Of a DNA stretch of 53,762 bases, positions 1 to 10,915 are shown in pieces. The notes beneath the pieces are model-generated. The model was not told the DNA's origin. It did not search any database and was given only the letters and a program-made list of their open reading frames with translations. Position 1 is the first letter of the stretch. Every line of letters starts with the position of its first letter. The DNA lies in NCBI RefSeq assembly GCF_001194135.2, contig NC_068984.1:3091548-3145309 (forward strand). Direction: 5' to 3'. Source of the DNA: Octopus bimaculoides. Lineage: Eukaryota. A program made the translations under genes and the position numbers.

Positions 1-37
<37 letters not shown>

Positions 38-588
38 GCACATATACAATAATATACGAATATCTAAATATATCTATATGTGCCTGTGCATGCCTCTGTG
101 TGTGTGTGTCTTTTATGTACCCTCATACATTGAAAACAGTTCTACATACACTCGTCAACCACTCAATGTACATCAGAAGAGTACAAAATTTCATTTTACA
201 GGATAAATGTTGACAATGATATCGTTCGCTGCCAGTCTAAGGAAATGAAGTGCTCACCGACTGCCGATATAAATTTTGTCTCTGTCTGCATGTGTGCGCG
301 CGCGCGCGTATGTGTGTGTGCGTGTGCTTGTATTTATAGACGTATCTGTGGTCTAAATAACTCCTATTAAACAACGTACATTGTGAAGCCATTCGTGAAC
401 GCAATTTGTATCGATGCATGAAACAGTTGTTTCAAGAGGGCGACCTTGAACTACGGTGTTGTCACAACGCCTAAACTGCTTGTTATTTACGTACTTAATT
501 ACATACAAACACTCACACACACACACACGCATGCATGCACACACATATAATACGTATACTGTGTATATACAATTAATATCCATCTATT

Positions 589-612
589 TATCTATCTATC
601 TATCTATCTATC

Positions 613-638
<26 letters not shown>
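589..638. repeat. Perfect palindrome of (TATC)n joined to (GATA)n
   Basis: 25-nt arms centred on TCTAGA at 611-616, read directly. Confidence 0.9.
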
Positions 639-653
<15 letters not shown>

Positions 654-1490
654 TGTACATATATTATGTGTGTATGTGTGGGTGTTTATATATGTATAAA
701 CACTGAAGTGTAAACAAGTTGGAGGGAAGCGAGTACTCAATACAGGAAGTATAGAAATTCTCTATGGCCTGTAAAAAAATACAAGGAAATATGCTCTATG
801 AACCTTATCTATGAATGTTAACGGCAATCTCTCGTTATATATCAAAGTTACGTACATCTCATCACTTAAGTAAAAATTTACTATGAATGTTGTAGGGATC
901 TAGCGATGCTATGTAGCCCTCATCGCAGAAACTAAGGAAACACTGAAGAGCTGGAATCTTAACACATTTTCTGAATACACAGTTTCTCTGCTTCACATGG
1001 CAAATAAATATATTTGTGACCCAAATGTGAGTTATTAAATATAATTCCTGTGTAGGATATGTTAAATACCTATATATAGCAACTGTAAATGCTTATGGTC
1101 CCAGGTTGGGATATATTTAATATAACTAGCGTGTAGGATATGCTACACACACATATACACACACATATAGCCACTGAGGATGTGTTAAATATAGAGTATC
1201 ATTTGTAACATTCGAAACCAACAATTTTAAATTCAACTCAAGGGAAATAAACCTTTTATCGAGTATTAATATACATTCTGTATTTAGACAGTTTATAAGG
1301 AGGTCATATGCGTATGTAGTGTGTGTGCGTATGTGCATGTATACACACACATACACACACATACACACACACACACGCTTGCGTATATACATACTCTTTA
1401 TTCTAAAGTGTATCTATATTGAGTTGTAACACCATGCTATTAGGATCGCTATGCCAAAGAGATTTTTAAAATCTATACATATATACACAC

Positions 1491-1544
<54 letters not shown>

Positions 1545-1761
1545 TTGTACAAATGTGTGTAATTAGGTGTGTGTATGTATGCATATATGTAGGTCTCTTT
1601 TACATAAACGGCTCTAAATATCTGTATACAGAAGCGCACAAGCATATGTGCGTATGTATGCGCGCGTGCATGTGTACATATATGTGTGTGTGTGTATGTG
1701 TGTGTGTGTGTGCGTATGTGTGTATACATATATGTATGTATATATATATATGTGTATGTCA

Positions 1762-1893
1762 TTATTCAGTTTATTTCAAGATTCCTTGCCAATAAAGAAC
1801 CGGTTTCTAACCTAGATCCAAAGCTCTTTCATTGGAATTTCAACATCAACAACAGGGTATGTATGTATGTATGTACGTATGTATGTATGTACG

Positions 1894-1927
<34 letters not shown>

Positions 1928-1945
1928 TGTATGTATGTATGTATG
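1762..1945 (+). mobile_element. Unclassified repeat 3' end with (GTAT)n tail
   Basis: Unique-looking segment running into (GTAT)n at 1857-1945; retroposon-tail architecture is inferred. Confidence 0.35.
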
Positions 1946-2335
1946 AACAGAAAATATCTCAAAGTGTACCATTTTAGGTGAGGTTTCAATATTTGAAAGG
2001 TTAGATCCGAAATAGATGTTTCATGTTTTACTTAAACCAAACAACCACTTACGTTATTAGTCCAACTCCCACCTGTAAGACTTAATTGATTAAAAAGTTA
2101 ATGAAACAAAGGCTACTTAATTATTGTGAGTATATTAAATCAACAACACTACATGAGTCACCTCGGGGTTAATGGTTTTGTAGAGACAGGATTCCAGTAC
2201 TGACCGAATTGGTTTCATTCTTCAACTTTCTGAACACTTCTGCTTTTACTGTTCGCTCGTCTCTGACTTGATCAAATGAATACCAGTCATATACTGAGAT
2301 TAAATCCACATCCTTCACTATTTTCACTATATATT

Positions 2336-2456
2336 GGCGCAAGCATGGCTGTATGGTAAGAGGTTTGCTTTCCAACCCCATGGTTTCGGGTTCAGTCCCA
2401 GACCGACCAAAGTCTTGTGAGTGAATTTAATAGACGGAAACTAAAAGAAGCCTGTC

Positions 2457-2488
<32 letters not shown>

Positions 2489-2682
2489 GCGTGTGTCTTA
2501 GTGTCTGTGTTTGTCCCCCACCATCACTTGACAACCGATATTGGCGTATTTATGTTTCCGTAACTTAACGCATAGAACACATACCATGCTTAAAAAGAAA
2601 ATTTCTGTTGGAGTCGATTCATTCTTCACGGCGGTGCTCCAGCATGGCAGCAGTCTAATGACTGAAACAAGTAAACGATAAA
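2336..2682 (+). mobile_element. SINE family A (tRNA-like head, internal TA/TG microsatellite), internally deleted
   Basis: Matches the other family A copies: tggtaag...ggttcagtccca, gaccaaag..ttgtgagtg, cagcatggc.gcagtc..atgactgaaacaag. Confidence 0.9.
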
Positions 2683-2985
2683 TTCTTGAGCTTTTGCCAA
2701 TATAAGCAATCAATATTTTGCCGAAATAAATACAAGTATTTGACAAAGAGAGATCTACCAGATCTGGGTTATAAAACAACCCAGGAATATTATGACTCAT
2801 TACTGAAACATCGCAGAAATTATTGGCTGATGTTTGATAGAAAAATAGCTGTAATTGGAGTTGAATGTTTAATTTAGAAATGTTTTTATAGAAAAACATA
2901 TATATACCAAATTGACACAGGAAGGTTAAATAAATAAAATTACAACCCTCAGAAAACTGATGGGAATAATATTTATGTAGTCAAT

Positions 2986-3151
2986 GCGATGCGCTGGCAG
3001 ATTTGTTAGCAAGTGGGGCAAAATGCTTAGCGACGTTTCAACTGTTTTCACGGTCCGGGATTGACTTTGCTTTTCATCAATTTGCATCGATAAAATAAGT
3101 ACCAGTTGAGCACTGGGGTCGAAGGAATCGACTTAACCCCGCCCTCGATAT
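2986..3151 (+). mobile_element. SINE family B, diverged
   Basis: ctggcaga..gttagc, gactttgc.tttcatc, gataaaataagtaccagttgagcactggggtcga shared with other B copies. Confidence 0.85.
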
Positions 3152-3261
3152 TACAACTATTTGAAACTAATTTATTTTCCTTTAAAATTTTAGCTGAAAA
3201 CGCAATTGGTATAAAAAACTTTATGTTGACTCATCTCTGTATCACAGACTCATCTCTAGAT

Positions 3262-3474
3262 TCTTTTCTACTCTAAGCACAAGCCCGAAATTTTAGGGTA
3301 GGGGACCAGTCGATTAGATCGACCCCAGTACGCAACTGGTACTTATTTAATCGACCTCGAAAGGATGAAAGGCAAAGTCGACCTCGGCGGAATTGGACTC
3401 TGAACGTAGCGGCAGACGAAATACCGCTAAGCAATTCGCCCGGCGTGCTAACGTTTCTGCCAGCTCGCCGTCTT
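3262..3474 (-). mobile_element. SINE family B, near full length
   Basis: Reverse complement begins ggcgagctggcagaaacgttagcacgccgggcga; near-identical to copies at 23031 and 24661. Confidence 0.93.
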
Positions 3475-3634
3475 AAACTCATCTCTATAACACACCAATT
3501 CTACAAATAACTCTCAATTGGTAGTCATATTTCTACCAAGAATGATGATGTTTGTGCTTCATAGATATAATCAGAATAAAGCGGGAACCTAATTAAAGTT
3601 GTTTCCCTTAGTTGACAAAATAATTTAAATAGTA

Positions 3635-3995
3635 GGTGCAAGAGTGGTTGTGTGGTAAGATACTTGCTTCGCAACCACATGGTTCCGGGTTCAGTCCTAC
3701 TGCGTGGCACCCTGGGCACGTGCCTTCTACTATAGCCTCGGGTCGACCAAAGCCTTGTGAATGGATTTGGTAGACGGAAACTGATAGAAGCCCGTCGTAT
3801 ACATACATACATACATACATATATNNNNNNNNNNGTATGTTTACGTCCCCGTAACTTAGCAGTTCGGCAAAAGACACCGATAGAATAAGTACTAGGCTTC
3901 CAAAGAATAAGTCCTGGGGTCGATTAGCTCGACTAAAGACGGTGATCCAGCATGGCCGCAGTCAAATTTCTGAAACCAGTAACAGAATATTAGAG
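3635..3995 (+). mobile_element. SINE family A, near full length
   Basis: Head with A/B-box-like motifs, internal (TACA)n plus small gap, 3' half ending gaaaccagtaa. Confidence 0.92.
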
Positions 3996-5237
3996 ATTAG
4001 TTAATATTTGTAATCTGTCTTTCTGTTGAGGGATGGAGCGCTATCCTGGTCACAGGCTTTCGACCTTTCTGGATGGCGATCCCTCATCGCCCGCTGCATC
4101 ATGGGAATGGAACGAATTAAAATAAGCCATTCAGCATTGTACGAGATACTTGTATTATCTTAATTAATAAGTTAGTTTATTAACTCGGATACGTTCTTGA
4201 ATGGCGGAGAGACGAGAATCCCGTTATTTTATGGTAGCCATCTATTAGTTAGAAAAAGTGAGCCTACAATTAGAGCTGACCCCTGGTCATTTACTAAAAT
4301 GTTGTTACTAATGCTGACCATTACTAGTACTGTTTTGGATTCTGCTCTAGAATCTGTCAGGTAAATAAATGCGGCTCCTGGCACAACTGAAATCTGCTTA
4401 CATATTTATTTCTCTCGTTTTTTACAATCATCATAGATTCATTCATTTATTTATTGCGTCCGGCATTTAACTCCAATTCACTTCTTTCATGTCAACTTGC
4501 CTTCGTTCTTTTCCTTGTAAACTTCTGTTAAAACCTCCAGAAACGTGGCATTTGTCTTATTTTATTTTACGATGTTTTAGTCAACAGTTTTAGGTCAGCG
4601 CCGTGTAACAATTACGGTCAGGCCGCTACTTGCATGGAACGTTGTCTTCATAAAAGGTCCGCCAAGCTAACACGGTTTGTTGACTTGCTGAAAATTGTTT
4701 AATCAGAAATAACAGAACAAAGTTGTCAATGGAAGCTTTTGATGTTTTTCTTTTATCATTATTATTATTATTATTATTATTAAATTTTTCTTATAATAGA
4801 ATAACAAACAGTAGCTTCTCGCCACCAAGCAACCGTTTCTTGAGTTTGACATTTTCTCTGCACTCACTCAGCATCGCATCTCACGGCAATGAGCACGCGC
4901 GCACAGGCGTGCGCTTTCTCTCTCATTCTCTCTCCATGTTTTCCACTCTCTCTCTTGTATGTATGTATGTATGTATGTATGTATGTATGTATGTATGTAT
5001 GTATGTATGTATGTATGTATNNNNNNNNNNNNNNNNNNATATATATATATATATATATACACGTACACATACACGCATGTATATAAAAAGAGAGAAAGAG
5101 AGTGGGAGAGACAGAGGTAGATAGGTATATAGTTATATATTTAGATATCTGTCGATCTGCTGTTGTTGAAGATGTATGTGTGTGTATGTGTATGCATGTG
5201 TGTGTATATACGCACACACACACACACACACGTGTAA

Positions 5238-5302
<65 letters not shown>

Positions 5303-5725
5303 NNNNNNNNNNNNNNNNNNNNNNNNNNNNNNNNNNNNNNNNNNNNNNNNNNNNNNNNNNNNNNNNNNNNNNNNNNNNNNNNNNNNNNNNNNNNNNNNNN
5401 NNNNNNNNNNNNNNNNNNNNNNNNNNNNNNNNNNNNNNNNNNNNNNNNNNNNNNNNNNNNNNNNNNNNNNNNNNNNNNNNNNNNNNNNNNNNNNNNNNNN
5501 NNNNNNNNNNNNNNNNNNNNNNNNNNNNNNNNNNNNNNNNNNNNNNNNNNNNNNNNNNNNNNNNNNNNNNNNNNNNNNNNNNNNNNNNNNNNNNNNNNNN
5601 NNNNNNNNNNNNNNNNNNNNNNNNNNNNNNNNNNNNNNNNNNNNNNNNNNNNNNNNNNNNNNNNNNNNNNNNNNNNNNNNNNNNNNNNNNNNNNNNNNNN
5701 NNNNNNNNNNNNNNNNNNNNNNNNN

Positions 5726-5808
<83 letters not shown>

Positions 5809-5821
5809 GTATATATATATG

Positions 5822-5870
<49 letters not shown>

Positions 5871-5914
5871 GTATATATATATGTATACACAAAGTATGGG
5901 GGTTTATTTCACAG

Positions 5915-5940
5915 GTGATCTAAACGAATAGGTACGGTAG
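5915..5940 (+). other. Candidate 26-nt microexon
   Basis: tttatttcacAG acceptor, GTAAGT donor at 5941; motif evidence only. Confidence 0.25.
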
Positions 5941-6737
5941 GTAAGTGCTGTAATGGATTACTAAAGCTCCAAGGTTGTAGCCAAGATGGTAGTTATGGAG
6001 CCATTGCAGATTTCCGATATAGCGGATATATAATTGCAAAAGAGGACAACAAACGTTAAGGCAAGGCAAACACAAAAACCTGCATGTGTATATATATATA
6101 TATATGCACGCACGCGTGTATATGCACGGATTGTTGTCAGGTCGTTTGTCGGTGCTGCAGGTGATATGTAACCTTCTAGAACCTTTTGGCTGTTCGGGTC
6201 GCCGGCGACTGAACTAACAGCATCCCTACCAAGGCAAGAAAAGCAAGGCCTCTCAATTTGCAAATAAATCTAGAGGAATCAACAGCCAGCCTATACACTG
6301 TAGATCTTGCATGCGCTTCCATATATATATATATATATAGATATATGTGTGTGTTTGTGTGTGTGTGGTTAGTGTTATGTTTGCATCTTATTTAAGTATG
6401 GCGTTGAAGAAATACGTAACGTTCATCTCAACAGCTGTGAAATTGTTGATAGCAGAGTATTGGAGGCAACTGGTGCAATCATGTTGTGATGGATGACTGG
6501 AAATCTTGGTGCAGGGCAAACATCTGATATGTTTCGGAGATGCTTTCGGCTAATTTAGCAAACCTTATGCATGCTCAGACAACTTCAGTTTTCTTACTTT
6601 ATTTTGCTGCCGGAAGAAAGAATGGATGAATATTACATGCACGCAGCCTTCTCATTTTATATGAAATACAAAAATAGCAAGAAGGAGGCTACCAACCTGG
6701 TTGATCATTGTCAGATTTGACAGATATCATTTCGTGA

Positions 6738-6782
<45 letters not shown>

Positions 6783-7199
6783 TTTTTCTCTCTTTCCTTA
6801 GGGAATTAGAATGAAAATAAAAAAATCGTATCATGAACATCAGTAGCTAAACAGCTGTTTCTGGTATAGTTGAATGCGTGAGTATCACCCTATGGTAGGA
6901 CGATATTCAAGCATTCAACTACGATCATGTTACAGCAGAAACAACTGTAAGCTAATGAAGTTAAAATTAATGTTCAACATCATCTGCATCTACCACACCA
7001 GCCTGAGAGTTTATGAACAGGGGGCGCTGTCCCTTATCTCTTACTAGATACTTCTAATAAGAATTCATTTGGGGGTTGAGTTTACTAATAATGTAACCAT
7101 GGAAGGACAGGTATTTAACTGTGATTTCCAGCTACTGTTCACGGGTTGAGGGACTGCACCTTCCCCTATGTACTACTGTTATTATTACAAGTAATATCA

Positions 7200-7412
7200 G
7201 GGAGGCGAACTGGCAGAATGGTTAGCACACCAGGCAAAATGCTCAGCGCCATTTCGTCCGTCTTCATGTTCTGAGTTCAAATTCGGCCGAGGTCGATTTT
7301 GCCTTTCATTCTTTCGGGGTCGATAAGATAAGTATCAGTTGAGCCCCGGGGTCGAAGTAATCGACTTAGCCTCTCTCTCGAAATTTCTGCTCTTGTTCCA
7401 AACCTTGAATCT
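7200..7412 (+). mobile_element. SINE family B
   Basis: ggcgaactggcagaatggttagcac...gagttcaaattc...gtcgattttgcctttcatt...gtcgaagtaatcgac. Confidence 0.9.
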
Positions 7413-8084
7413 AACATTACGTGTAAGGTGACATTCGTGCCTGGGGTCTATTCCAAGTTGTAAACTGCACTAGCTCATAGCACCTACTTATAGATAGGTA
7501 GAGTGAGCCAGTGAGAGTGAAATAATATTGTTAAAGACAGAATGCATTGTTTATGGCAAGACTGGCAACATCGAAGCTTAAACTGAGAGTTCCCGGTTCA
7601 ATAGAAATGGCTGGTCGTATTTCTCTGCTGCGCGATAAGATATAAAAAAAGGAATAGTGGTAGGGGTGGGGGAGAAACAAATAGTTTGTAGAGTTTTAGA
7701 GGTGTATATGAATGTATGTGTGTATAAAGTATTTATGCGTATGCATACACACACACACACACATTGATACGTATGTTTATATGTGTGTGTATATATGTAT
7801 AACTGTGAGTGCGTGTTATTCGGGGCTACATTTCCAGTTTGTGCCTCTTTGTGGTTTGTTACAGACGAGGTTTAATGGAATTTTCCCTCTCTTTCTATTC
7901 TTCTTGCAATTACGTCTTCTCACTCCTCCTTCTCCCCTCGTTCTCCCTTTCTCTTCTCCCTTTCTCTTTTCCTCCTTTCCTCTTCTTTCACTTATTTCGC
8001 CATAAACTTTTTTTTACATTCAGTTTTATCGTTTCAATCACATAAAAATTTGATGTTTTCTTCCCTACTTCAGTTCATTTACAA

Positions 8085-8146
8085 TTTCTTCTTTTTCTTC
8101 TTCTTCTTCTTCTTCTTCTTCTTCTTCTTCTTCTTCTTCTTCTTCA
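8085..8146. repeat. (TTC)n microsatellite
   Basis: Read directly. Confidence 0.95.
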
Positions 8147-8302
8147 CATTCACACTGGCACATACACAATGCTCTCTCTCTCTCTCTCTCTCACATATCT
8201 CTGTGTGTTTCTATTCTCACCTATGTATGTTTACGTAATTCTCATGTGCATACACACACACACACCACACACGCACGCACGCACACATGCACAGTATTTA
8301 TA

Positions 8303-8470
8303 GGTGCAGGCGTGGCTCTATGGTAAGAAGCTTGCTACCCGATTACATGGTTCCAGGTTCAGTCCCACTGCGTGGTACCTTGGACGAGTGTCTTCTGTAG
8401 CCTCTGGCCGACCAAAGCCGTGTGAGTGGATTTGGTCGAAAGAAGAAAAAAAAAATGAAAGAAGCCTGTC
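8303..8470 (+). mobile_element. SINE family A, 5' half
   Basis: ggtgcaggcgtggctctatggtaagaagcttgc...ggttcagtcccactgcgtgg. Confidence 0.9.
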
Positions 8471-9048
8471 TTGGTCTTTGTGTGTTATTTTAAATGGCTT
8501 ATAAACANNNNNNNNNNNNNNNNNNNNNNNNNNNNNNNNNNNNNNNNNNNNNNNNNNNNNNNNNNNNNNNNNNNNNNNNNNNNNNNNNNNNNNNNNNNNN
8601 NNNNNNNNNNNNNNNNNNNNNNNNNNNNNNNNNNNNNNNNNNNNNNNNNNNNNNNNNNNNNNNNNNNNNNNNNNNNNNNNNNNNNNNNNNNNNNNNNNNN
8701 NNNNNNNNNNNNNNNNNNNNNNNNNNNNNNNNNNNNNNNNNNNNNNNNNNNNNNNNNNNNNNNNNNNNNNNNNNNNNNNNNNNNNNNNNNNNNNNNNNNN
8801 NNNNNNNNNNNNNNNNNNNNNNNNNNNNNNNNNNNNNNNNNNNNNNNNNNNNNNNNNNNNNNNNNNNNNNNNNNNNNNNNNNNNNNNNNNNNNNNNNNNN
8901 NNNNNNNNNNNNNNNNNNNNNNNNNNNNNNNNNNNNNNNNNNNNNNNNNNNNNNNNNNNNNNNNNNNNNNNNNNNNNNNNNNNNNNNNNNNNNNNNNNNN
9001 NNNNNNNNNNNNNNNNNNNNNNNNNNNNNNNNNNNNNNNNNNNNNNNN

Positions 9049-9779
9049 CTCTCTCTCCCTCTCTCTCTCCCTATCTCTCCCTCTCTCTCCCTCTCTCTCT
9101 CTCTCTCTCCCTCTCCATCTTCCTCTTTCCTTCCTCTCCCATCTCCCCCTCCCTCTTTCCAATTCTCACGCACGCAATCACTCTTCTCTGTTGTTCTAGC
9201 CTTCCCAACCCCCTCCCATTTTCGAACATCACCTCCATATCTCTCTCTCCCCCCACCGAATACCACCACCACCACCACCACCACCACCATTCCTACAACT
9301 ATCGACATATTGAGTTATGCCCAACAACGTAAGTTCCAATCCATCACGGTTGTCCATCAACCACATTCCATTGTTCACGAGAGAAACGCTAGCATCACCA
9401 CCGCCATCACCACTACCACCACTACCACCACTGCCACCACTACCACCACCATTGTCCCCACCACTGCCACCCAACAACAACCAACCATTAGTCACCAGCA
9501 ACCACCACCATCTTCATCACCACCATCATATTGATACCATCGTTCCCATCACCATCACCAACACCGACACTATGCAGCCCCCTCCCCCCCGTTGTTACTT
9601 GGGTCCACCTCGAGTCATTACAACCCACCCACCACACCTTTACCCTTACTGCCGCGGATTCTATCACAATCCACCATCACCCCCACCACCACCACCAATA
9701 CTATCCACAACAACAACAATACTATGCAAAATTACCACACAACGTCCCATCAACACTCCCCCACCCAACTATCACATTT

Positions 9780-9813
<34 letters not shown>

Positions 9814-10070
9814 CCACTATCATCACTATCCCTGCTACTATTGACTTTTTCACCACCACCTCCTCCTCTTCCTCCACCACCACTACCACCATCATTACCA
9901 AAACCATACGCACCACCATCGCCACCAACACAACCACTCAAGGCACGACCGCCACCTCCACCCCTACACAACAATAACAACAACAAAAACAACAACGCGC
10001 CCGCCCTCTTTCTTCCTCTACCAACCAACCAACCAACCAACGGTGCAGCCTTCAGAAATTCTTTCTGCTA
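9049..10070. repeat. C-rich low-complexity mosaic of (CT)n, (ACC)n, (CAT)n, (AAC)n
   Basis: Shifting short tandem motifs; several frames open on both strands. Confidence 0.85.
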
Positions 10071-10189
10071 ATAAAATAAGAGAATTGAAATTAGGTAAGA
10101 ATTAGCGAAATAACGGAACGGTGTGAGTGGAACCATGGTGATGGAGGTGAGTGTAAGTGGAGCCGAAGTGTTGGAGGTAATAATAATAG

Positions 10190-10199
10190 TGATGATAAC

Positions 10200-10270
<71 letters not shown>

Positions 10271-10304
10271 TAATAACAACAACAGCTTTAATAATAATAA
10301 TAAT
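10190..10304. repeat. (TAA)n tract, tail of the adjacent SINE B
   Basis: Read directly. Confidence 0.95.
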
Positions 10305-10490
10305 ATTCCTTTCTACTAAAGGCACAAGGCCTGAAATTTGTTGGAAGGGGACTTATAACTGGCACTTGTTCCATCGTCCCCACCGAAAGAATGAAAGGCA
10401 AAGTCGACCCCGGCGGAATTTGAACTCAGAACGTAAAGACAGACGAAATACCTCTAGCCCGGCGTGCTAACGATTCTGCCAGGTCACTGC
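10305..10490 (-). mobile_element. SINE family B
   Basis: ggcacaaggcc.gaaatt, atgaaaggcaaagtcgac, ggcgtgctaacgattctgccag. Confidence 0.9.
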
Positions 10491-10518
10491 AATAATAATA
10501 ATAATAATAATAATAATA

Positions 10519-10724
10519 ATTTCTACTGTAGGCACTAGGTCCAAAAATTTGGAGTAGGGTGGTAGTCAATTAGATCGACACCAGTACGCAACTGGTACTT
10601 AATTTATCGACCCCAAAAGGATAAAGTTGACCTCGGCGGAATTTGAACTCAGAACGTAAAGACGGACGAAATTCCGCTAAGCATTTTCTCCGGCGTGCTA
10701 ACGTTTCTGCCAGCACGCCACCTT
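10519..10724 (-). mobile_element. SINE family B
   Basis: Same diagnostic motifs; flanked by (TAA)n on both sides. Confidence 0.92.
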
Positions 10725-10725
10725 A

Positions 10726-10807
<82 letters not shown>

Positions 10808-10808
10808 C

Positions 10809-10838
<30 letters not shown>

Positions 10839-10839
<1 letters not shown>

Positions 10840-10915
10840 GTTTCAAATTTTGGGAGAAGGTCAACAGTTTCGGAGGATGGAGTAAATCGATTACATTGAC
10901 CCCGATGCTCAACCC
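10839..10915 (-). mobile_element. SINE family B 3' fragment
   Basis: aatcgattacattgacccc..gctcaac after (GAT)n at 10757-10838. Confidence 0.6.

Noticed and set aside
1966-1983. Further AG|GT ratchet candidates (1977/1978, 4360/4361, 19352 region, minus 50025/50024)
   Set aside because: Short pyrimidine tracts or non-consensus donors; expected by chance in this much AT-rich DNA
4176-4366. 61-codon open frame ending at CAG|GTAAAT, with MLLLMLTIT resembling a signal peptide
   Set aside because: Weak acceptor, no recognisable homology, no compatible next exon; within chance
6388-6549. 53-codon minus frame with CxxC..H...H (B-box-like)
   Set aside because: Spacing does not fit a B-box, poor acceptor, no start
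9229-10071. Pro/Thr/His-rich ORFs of 150-175 aa as mucin or extensin-like CDS
   Set aside because: Mosaic of trinucleotide repeats with overlapping open frames and no consistent splice signals
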